Assembly: GCA_964348935.1 (NCBI GenBank)
Contig: CAYGEJ010000006.1
Location: 1 to 63,296, forward strand
Length of the DNA stretch: 63,296 nucleotides
Direction: 5' to 3'
Origin: an uncultured Candidatus Saccharibacteria bacterium
Lineage (GTDB): Bacteria; Patescibacteriota; Doudnabacteria; UBA920
The notes under the pieces were generated by a model. The model did no database searches. It had not been told where the DNA came from and saw nothing but the letters and a program-made list of their open reading frames with translations. The number at the start of each line of letters is the position of its first letter. The first letter of the stretch is position 1. Below are positions 56,347 to 63,296 of the stretch, in pieces. Position numbers and translations under genes: made by a program.

Positions 56347-58377
56347 TTAATTTTGTAATTTTTCCAATTCCCAAATTTCTTGTCCTACAAAATCTTCTAC
56401 TTCAGAAAGGTCTTTTAAGAGTTGTTTTTCTTTTTCTATAACCTCAGTTGAAAGAGGTCCCTTTAACTTTATTTTGTGAACTGTATCAAGCTCTGCTTGG
56501 ATATCACGCTTGATTATGGCAAAACCTCGTTTGAGCGACTCTTCTGCTTTATGGATTTCATTGGAAACGTTTTTTTGTTTTTTTCGGTAGTTTCTAAAGT
56601 GAAATAAATTATAGAAGAGTAAAGCGAAAATTATTATAATAGCTATAACAAGGAGGATTAGGTAAATAAATTCGTAGCTTAGTCTGGTGGATCCAAACTG
56701 AAGTGCGGTAGCGGTGACTACTATTTCTTGTTGAGGGCTTGGTGCGCTTGTTTGATCGGTTATTTTGGTCTGTGCCCAAACAATATATTTGCCACTAGGC
56801 AGAAATTGGTTATGTCTGTAGAACCAGTCGCCTTTTTTATCCGAAGCAATTTCATAACTGTAAGTTTCTCCGGTCTGTAAATTTTGTAAATGCAGAATTA
56901 CCTCGGATTGAATGCTGTCGGTTTTGCCACCGACGTAGAAAATTTCCTGATTTGAAATTCTACTTGAGATAGTTGTTAAATATGGGGGAGAGAGCTCCGA
57001 ACCTTCAGCTTTAACATGTTGCACACCTAAGAAAGATATAAGTATTGACAATAAGAACACGCCAAGTATTTTTCCGTATTTTTCTCGATAGCGATTAAGT
57101 TCTTCTAGTCTGTCTTGAATATGGTCGGGTAATTCTTTACTATTGTGAAGTTCAGCGACAGTATAATGTAATTTTCTAAGTCTTCTTCCAAAGTACCAAA
57201 GCAGAATAACAATTGTCGCCAGTAACAACCAGAACCATTTCCAAGGTATTAAGACATTGCTTAATTGGAAGCCGTCGCTACTAACAAATTCAAATGCCCA
57301 AGTGACAACTGAAATTCTTTGAGTGTGTTCTCGGTAATTTCCAGCTAAATCATAGGATCGAACAATGAAGTCGTAATCTCCTAATTGAAGAGCGCTTGGT
57401 ATATATGGACTGGTTGTTTCTACAAACAGATTTTGATTACCCTTTTCTTGTTTTTGATTGAGTGCGATGAGTTTAGACTCGTAATGATCAATTCCGGATA
57501 AGGCATCTGTTGTTTGAAATTCAAAAATTGGCTGGTTTCTTACCGTTCTTGTGCTTGGGATGACGTTAATTTCAAATTCAGCAGGAGGACTGCTATCTAT
57601 TTTAACAGCAAAGTGCGTTACTCCTCCCCAGCCACCGTTACTGAATGCTTTAATATGAAAATAATGAGTGCCATCAGCTACATTTCTGTAGGTAATAGAA
57701 TTTTTATTTGAGTCAACTATATCATCAGGCGTGTCTATTGGTTCATCTGAGAAGATATAGCTATATCCCTCAACTTTAGATTCGCCGGCCCAGGTTAGTA
57801 ATAAGTTAGTGTTTTGGTACCAGATGTTCTGCTGAGGATGAGTTTCGGAAGAGACAATAGGTCCGGCAGGTGGTGGTAAGGTAAGATTATAAACCCCGCT
57901 ATTTGTACTATTTAAATCATTGGTTCCTTTGCCATCGTGTAGTAAAACTCTGGAGTTGTCAGAAAACTTAATAGCTGCAGTCCCAACAGATTTAACTCTG
58001 AAAGTTAATGTAGTAACAAGTCCGCTGGAAACATTAATTCCACCAGGTATACCTCCTTGGAAGGTAATTTTACCTACTTGATTGTTAATAACAGGTTGCG
58101 CGGTCCAAACTCCAATTACCGATTTGCCTGTTGAAGGGGATACGAGTTGAAGTTCGTCAGGAGGGAAAGATATACCAATATCTAGGGCGTTAACGGGGGT
58201 ATTTTCAGTATCAAGAAAGATAGAAACATCAAAAGTGCTTCCAACTGTAAAAGTACCCGTTGCTGGGCTGACACTAAGAGAAGAAGCATTGGCTGTTGGT
58301 ATTACAGGGGGGTAAAAATATACAAAAGAAAGCAAAAGAGCGCCAATTATCAACTGTATGTTATTTCTTTTTCTCAT
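56347..58377 (-). CDS. cohesin-like domain + Ig-like domains, multi-TM surface protein
   Basis: SLSVSPATGTFTVGSTFDVSIFLDT..GLVTTLTFRVK (cohesin-like); three hydrophobic segments after the signal peptide; C-terminal coiled coil. Confidence 0.75.
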   Translation of the reverse strand: MRKRNNIQLIIGALLLSFVYFYPPVIPTANASSLSVSPATGTFTVGSTFDVSIFLDTENTPVNALDIGISFPPDELQLVSPSTGKSVIGVWTAQPVINNQVGKITFQGGIPGGINVSSGLVTTLTFRVKSVGTAAIKFSDNSRVLLHDGKGTNDLNSTNSGVYNLTLPPPAGPIVSSETHPQQNIWYQNTNLLLTWAGESKVEGYSYIFSDEPIDTPDDIVDSNKNSITYRNVADGTHYFHIKAFSNGGWGGVTHFAVKIDSSPPAEFEINVIPSTRTVRNQPIFEFQTTDALSGIDHYESKLIALNQKQEKGNQNLFVETTSPYIPSALQLGDYDFIVRSYDLAGNYREHTQRISVVTWAFEFVSSDGFQLSNVLIPWKWFWLLLATIVILLWYFGRRLRKLHYTVAELHNSKELPDHIQDRLEELNRYREKYGKILGVFLLSILISFLGVQHVKAEGSELSPPYLTTISSRISNQEIFYVGGKTDSIQSEVILHLQNLQTGETYSYEIASDKKGDWFYRHNQFLPSGKYIVWAQTKITDQTSAPSPQQEIVVTATALQFGSTRLSYEFIYLILLVIAIIIIFALLFYNLFHFRNYRKKQKNVSNEIHKAEESLKRGFAIIKRDIQAELDTVHKIKLKGPLSTEVIEKEKQLLKDLSEVEDFVGQEIWELEKLQN

Positions 58378-58394
58378 TTTTAAAGTTTTAAATT

Positions 58395-59300
58395 TTATTT
58401 TTTATGTCTTCTTAAGTACAGTTCAAAAATTACAGCTAAGAGTACTAAAAATATTAAGATAATTATAACATATATTTTCACTTTCTGCTCAAGTGGTGAG
58501 GTTTTTAGGTTGGGGTTTTTCCAAACTGAAATTCTGGAATTTCCGTTTCTATCAACAGCTTTAATATAGAGGAGTTTTTTCAGGCTCTGATTTTTAAATA
58601 AATAAGGACTTTCTGTTTTCATCCATCCCGTTTGGGATTCTGGGGGCGATTCATCGTCTGTTTCTAGGGCTTCGTGAAACCCTATACCGCTATCTTTATC
58701 TTGTGTGTTAAATACGGCAAACCATTGATTGTTAAACAATTTCGCATCCCTAGCTACAAAAATTTCAAAATCCTCAGGGGATTCTTTGTCTGAATTGAAA
58801 TTTTGGCTAGTGTCACTAGTAGTTGTAGCTTGTGTGGTTGGTTTATGAATAGTAAGAGGTATTTCCTGAGGAGGTAATCCGATTCGAGTACCTTTACCGT
58901 CAGAGAGTAGTATATTTCCTTCAAAAGAGAAAAGCCCAGTACTTGCTTCTTGGCCGGTGAATAGTATAGAGAAAAGTAATCCGTTAATTCCAGAAGGACT
59001 GACAGCTGAGAAGTCGATTAATCCTACACCGTTAGTTATTTCAATTTTGGGTTTTTGAACCCATAAGGATACAGTGGAATTACCATCCTTTATTGTGATA
59101 TCTGAAAATAAACTAATTGGTAAAATAATTCTAGCCTCAATTGCGTTTATTTGGTCAGTTTGTCGGTCAAATACAACATCAAGCTGGTATTGTTGCCCAG
59201 CTATAATTTCATTCGTGTTAAATTTAAAAAGCACATTGGCAGCATTGGCTCCAAGTGGAAATATAATAAGTAGTAGAATAGAAATTAAATATTTTTTCAT
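58395..59300 (-). CDS. membrane-anchored cohesin-like domain protein
   Basis: Signal peptide; INAIEARI..SLWVQKP..LLFSILF..LLSDGKGT; C-terminal TM with basic tail. Confidence 0.72.
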   Translation of the reverse strand: MKKYLISILLLIIFPLGANAANVLFKFNTNEIIAGQQYQLDVVFDRQTDQINAIEARIILPISLFSDITIKDGNSTVSLWVQKPKIEITNGVGLIDFSAVSPSGINGLLFSILFTGQEASTGLFSFEGNILLSDGKGTRIGLPPQEIPLTIHKPTTQATTTSDTSQNFNSDKESPEDFEIFVARDAKLFNNQWFAVFNTQDKDSGIGFHEALETDDESPPESQTGWMKTESPYLFKNQSLKKLLYIKAVDRNGNSRISVWKNPNLKTSPLEQKVKIYVIIILIFLVLLAVIFELYLRRHKK

Positions 59301-59303
59301 AAA

Positions 59304-60611
59304 TTAGCCTGTCCAATTATAAGCGAGTATAGAGAAGTCAATTAAGTCCACTACACCGTCTATATTAAAATCTATTTCAGCTGGAAAGTTAGGTTTCAAA
59401 TACCAGAAGGCTAAAATTGAAAAGTCTATTAGGTCTACTCTACAGTCTCCATTCAAATCGCCTCGGGCAGGGCAGCCGTTGAAGTTGGGGGATTGAATGG
59501 TCTTTTTGCCAACAATGAATTCCAGAAAGGAACTATTAGGACTATTAATATTATTATAAAAAGATTTTGAATATGTAGTGTATCTGCCTAAATTAAGATT
59601 GGCTGTTGGGAGATTAAAATTATAAAAACCATCTTGGTTGGATTGGGTTACGTAAGTCTTTAGATTGGAACCGTCATTTAAATAAATTGTTACAGTGACT
59701 TGTTTTTGAGCGAAGCCGAAAATATTTTGGAATTCTCCTTGCTTAACTTCTAAGTTGTTAGTTGATATGGTAGGTGAGATAACAATATCTTGAATACTTT
59801 TAGTTTCGTTAGGACTGAGACTAGTAGAAGAAAGACTGAGTGCGGATCTTATACCTTGAGGATCTTTTGCGTATAGTGAAAATTCAAATGTTCCGGCACT
59901 GAGACCTGTTGAGCTAATTTGAAAATTTCCTGAAGAATCAGTTTTTACGCTTCCGACTAAAGAGGCATCTTTAAGTAAAAAGATTTCTGAGTTAGGGTAA
60001 GCGGTTCCTTTAAAAATTATCTGTCCTGTTCCGTAATTTCCTGACCCACCACCTCCGCCTCCTGGAGTTGGGCTAGTGCTGGAAGAGGGCGTAGCGGAAG
60101 ATTCATTAGAGTGGGTTAATACTGTTCCACCAAGAGTTTTACTTTTTATTTTAAAATAATATTGTGTAGAGTTTGAAAGTCCTGTTTTTGTAAAGGTGGT
60201 TACGTTCCCTACGTTCTCGTATGTGTAGGTTCCAGAAATTGTACCTACACCCAATTCGTAACTACCAACTGTAATACCTAAAAAAGTTTGAGGTACTGAC
60301 CATGATAAATCTACTTCAGAATCTCCTGCTGTTGTAGTCAGGGTATTTGTGTTAGCTTTGAAAAAATATTGGAAACCGCTCCAAAGCTGAAAGTTAGTAG
60401 AGCTGGCTTTTCCAGTAACAGATTGATAGACAGATTGACCAGCCTTAAAATTGGTAGAAGAACTATTTTGTTGTCCGCTTGAAATGATAGGATTGTTAAT
60501 TTGAAAATTAGTTGAGGAGGAGCTGGCGGCACTTCCAAAATCTACACTGAATACTAAAGTATAAAGTGAAATAAATATTATTAATATAGAGGAGAGTATT
60601 TTTTTCTTCAT
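59304..60611 (-). CDS. secreted FN3 + Ig-like + type I dockerin protein
   Basis: Three SSTNF repeats; FN3 (AGDSEVDLSW..YYFKIKS); tandem dockerin repeats GDLNGDCRVDLIDFSILA / DFNIDGVVDLIDFSILA. Confidence 0.82.
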   Translation of the reverse strand: MKKKILSSILIIFISLYTLVFSVDFGSAASSSSTNFQINNPIISSGQQNSSSTNFKAGQSVYQSVTGKASSTNFQLWSGFQYFFKANTNTLTTTAGDSEVDLSWSVPQTFLGITVGSYELGVGTISGTYTYENVGNVTTFTKTGLSNSTQYYFKIKSKTLGGTVLTHSNESSATPSSSTSPTPGGGGGGSGNYGTGQIIFKGTAYPNSEIFLLKDASLVGSVKTDSSGNFQISSTGLSAGTFEFSLYAKDPQGIRSALSLSSTSLSPNETKSIQDIVISPTISTNNLEVKQGEFQNIFGFAQKQVTVTIYLNDGSNLKTYVTQSNQDGFYNFNLPTANLNLGRYTTYSKSFYNNINSPNSSFLEFIVGKKTIQSPNFNGCPARGDLNGDCRVDLIDFSILAFWYLKPNFPAEIDFNIDGVVDLIDFSILAYNWTG

Positions 60612-61129
60612 GCATAGTAACTATAACAATTAAAAAAAGAATATTCTAGGCTAACTTTTTACCCAACCTTTGAGTTTATATAAAAGAAGTATTTTTTTGA
60701 AAATAGTGTGGAAAACTAGTAGCTAAAATTTTCTAGTCCTATTATTTGGTTTGGCATTTTTGTAGAAGGGGATTGAAATATATTATTTCTAAAATTCACA
60801 ATATTTTTTTGTGAAACTTGTTGCACTTTATGGATTGAATTTTTATAATTTAATTTATTTAATTATAGTCTATCGTTATTTATTAAAAGTTTATAGCATC
60901 TCTTTTGTTTGATGAAACGGATGTGAATTATATAGAGTGCTATGTGTCTAGGATTTGGTAACTAAATATTTTTTATAAAAAAATATTTAGTAAAAGAGTT
61001 ATTTATTCCGTATAATACATATAGATTAATTGACAAAAAACTATAGCAATTTTAGCAAAATACAGGGGCGGAATTGCTAGTAAGTATGCGAAAAATAGAA
61101 TTGAATCATTCGTAAAAAATTGGTGCAAG

Positions 61130-63296
61130 ATGCAAGAAATAAACAATACGAAAACCAAGTTAAATTTTAAGCAATATCTGTCCTCCAAATTCAAGATTGT
61201 AGGTATGGTTTTTGCGTCTTTGGTCTTTATTTTCCCTTTCGTTTCTACAAGTCTTTTGGCAGCGACTGGTGCACCAGCTATTCTCAGCTACCAAGGTCGC
61301 TTAACGGATTCTTCTGGAAATTTATTGGGCGGAAGCGGTACTAATTATTATTTTAAATTTTCTATTTGGAGCAGCTCAACTGTTGGTGGTGGGGTAAAAT
61401 TATGGCCAACCGGGGCTCCTGGAACGACAACTTCAACAGTCACCGATGGTGTGTTTAATGTAAATATTGGCGACACTGTAAATGGCTATCCGGACACACT
61501 AGATTATAATTTTAATGACAGCGATACAGTGTTCTTGCAAGTAGAAGTTTCAGATGATAATTCAACCTTTGAGACTTTGTCTCCAAGACAACAAGTTACC
61601 TCGAGTGGTTACGCAATCAACGCGAACACTCTCGGTGGTTTTGCTCCAAGTCAGCTGGCTACTGGAAACCAGATCCCAGTTTTAAATTCTGGAAATTTAA
61701 TTTTAGGAGGAACTAATCCTCAAATTAATGCTTCGAGTACGAATGCTTTAGTCCTACAAGGAGGAGCTGGTACTGGAGACATAAGATTTTTTTCCTCTAG
61801 TAATAAAATTACTTCAGCTGGTGAATTAACCATTGCCGGAACTTTAACAGTTGGTAGTTATGTCGCTGATCCAGGTGGGTTAGCCGATGGTACTATTTTT
61901 TATAATTCAACATCGGATAAATTTAAGGTTGTTGAAAATGGCACTACTAAAATATTGTGTAACACTACCGATGCAGGTTGTGGTGCCGGAGGGGGAAGCA
62001 CAGCTTGGTCGGCCATTATCGATCCAGTTTCAAATTTGTCTTTAAGCATGGCGTCCTATACAACCAATTTTACTTATGGAAATAATACAGCTTCTGCAAA
62101 CTTATTTAACGTTACCGACTCAGTAAATAATACTGGTACTGGAACATTGCTTTCTTTAACTACTGCAAATGGTTCTGCTCTAAACCCTTTTTCAATAACC
62201 GCTTCTTCTACTTCAGCTCTATATGTTACTAGTGGTGCTAAGGTGGGTATAAATACCACAACCCCTTCTTCAACTTTAACAGTCTCTGGAAGCTTGCTTG
62301 CAACCGGAGCGATTCAATTTTCATCTTTAGGAAGTGGAATTGCTCATAGTGATTCTTTTGGTGTAATTAGCTCCTCTCCGGTTGTATTAACTTCTGAAGT
62401 TAGCGGAATTCTTCCAGTTACGAATGGAGGTACTGGTACCTCTACCTTAATCTCAAACGGAGTATTATACGGAAATGGAAGTTCGGCATTATCAGTTACT
62501 TCTGCTGGAACTAGTGCTCAAATTTTACAAGCTAATGGAAGCTCTGTTCCAACTTTCGTAAATGTTACAGGAGATGCAAGTCTGGCAGTGGGTGGAGCGT
62601 TAACTTTAGCTACTACTTCGGTAACCTCTGGTACTTATGGTTCGTCTACGCAGACTGTTATATTTACTGTTGACACCAAAGGAAGGTTAACTGCTGTTTC
62701 TACAACAACCATTGCCGGAGTTACACCTGGTGGCTCTGCTGGTGGGGACTTGTCAGGTACTTATCCAAATCCAACTGTGTCCAAAATTAACGGGGTATCT
62801 CTTGGTTCTACTGTTGCAACTGCCGGGAATTTATTAATAGGTTCAGGTTCGGATTGGGTTACGCAAAGCATTGTCGGAGATGCGACTATTTCTGCTTCTG
62901 GTATTTTAGGTTTGAAATCAGTTGGAACTGCCGGTTCTTACGGGAGCGCATCTCAAGTTCCGCTTATAACTACCGATGCGCAAGGTAGAGTAACTGCCGT
63001 AACGAATACTTCAATAGCAATTAGTGCAAGTCAAATCACTTCTGGGACTTTGGCTGTTTCAAATGGTGGTACCGGAACAACTACAGCCGGTATTGCAGGA
63101 TCTGTAGCTTATAGTAATGGTAGCGGCTTTAGTTTTACCTCCCCAGGAACCGCATTCCAAATTTTACAGTCTAATGGTTCCGCTACTCCAAGCTTTGCTA
63201 ATATTTCTTCTTTGCTGACTGCTGGATCCAATATCTCTATCTCCGGCACCTCCACCATTGCTGTCAGTTCTACTCCAAGCTTCAGTACTCTAACAG
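61130..63296 (+). CDS. large fibre/adhesin-like surface protein, 5' part only (runs off the window; absent from the ORF track)
   Basis: Manual translation open from ATG 61130 to the end: signal/TM, PAILSYQGRLTDSSG domain, G/S/T-rich repeats (LPVTNGGTG, LAVSNGGTG, GDLSGTYPNPTV). Confidence 0.85.
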   Translation, partial: MQEINNTKTKLNFKQYLSSKFKIVGMVFASLVFIFPFVSTSLLAATGAPAILSYQGRLTDSSGNLLGGSGTNYYFKFSIWSSSTVGGGVKLWPTGAPGTTTSTVTDGVFNVNIGDTVNGYPDTLDYNFNDSDTVFLQVEVSDDNSTFETLSPRQQVTSSGYAINANTLGGFAPSQLATGNQIPVLNSGNLILGGTNPQINASSTNALVLQGGAGTGDIRFFSSSNKITSAGELTIAGTLTVGSYVADPGGLADGTIFYNSTSDKFKVVENGTTKILCNTTDAGCGAGGGSTAWSAIIDPVSNLSLSMASYTTNFTYGNNTASANLFNVTDSVNNTGTGTLLSLTTANGSALNPFSITASSTSALYVTSGAKVGINTTTPSSTLTVSGSLLATGAIQFSSLGSGIAHSDSFGVISSSPVVLTSEVSGILPVTNGGTGTSTLISNGVLYGNGSSALSVTSAGTSAQILQANGSSVPTFVNVTGDASLAVGGALTLATTSVTSGTYGSSTQTVIFTVDTKGRLTAVSTTTIAGVTPGGSAGGDLSGTYPNPTVSKINGVSLGSTVATAGNLLIGSGSDWVTQSIVGDATISASGILGLKSVGTAGSYGSASQVPLITTDAQGRVTAVTNTSIAISASQITSGTLAVSNGGTGTTTAGIAGSVAYSNGSGFSFTSPGTAFQILQSNGSATPSFANISSLLTAGSNISISGTSTIAVSSTPSFSTLT

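Noticed and set aside
546-62259. Numerous short antisense or alternate-frame ORFs in the track inside housekeeping genes
   Set aside because: Fully overlap well-supported genes and show no recognisable motifs.
1-63296. CRISPR array, tRNA or rRNA genes, transposases, prophage
   Set aside because: No regularly spaced repeats, cloverleaf or rRNA signatures, or transposase/integrase/phage structural motifs observed.

Overview
A 63.3-kb AT-rich bacterial chromosomal segment read in genetic code 11. Gene content and the typical orphan/surface genes point to a Patescibacteria (CPR) genome; this is an inference, as no database search was possible. It spans the replication origin (rpmH-rnpA-yidD-yidC-jag | dnaA-oriC-dnaN-recF-DUF721/dciA, with a visible GC-skew switch). 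Housekeeping genes include tyrS, rsmI, rsmE, yebC, ruvA/B/C, polA, uvrB, rpsT, tsaB/E, murE, FemAB, PBP1A, pilB/gspE and rpoB-rpoC. Interspersed are single-gene accessory units, mostly GC-richer than the flanks and mostly with their own sigma70 promoter, Shine-Dalgarno and terminator. The most striking signal is an unannotated ~430-nt highly structured RNA gene between uvrB and ruvA (minus strand, TTGACT-17-TAAACT promoter, about ten helices, intrinsic terminator) in which I find no hallmark of RNase P, tmRNA, SRP or 6S RNA. Other highlights: a tandem pair of paralogous beta-barrel-like secreted proteins in a presumably monoderm host; a dockerin/cohesin/cohesin/solute-binding-protein operon divergent from a very large fibre-like surface protein; an ATPase-less mini-Clp protein; an unannotated 34-aa acidic peptide with a full transcription unit; a frameshifted pyrophosphatase; and a palindromic element inserted in frame into FemAB. 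I saw no tRNA, rRNA, CRISPR array, transposase or integrase.
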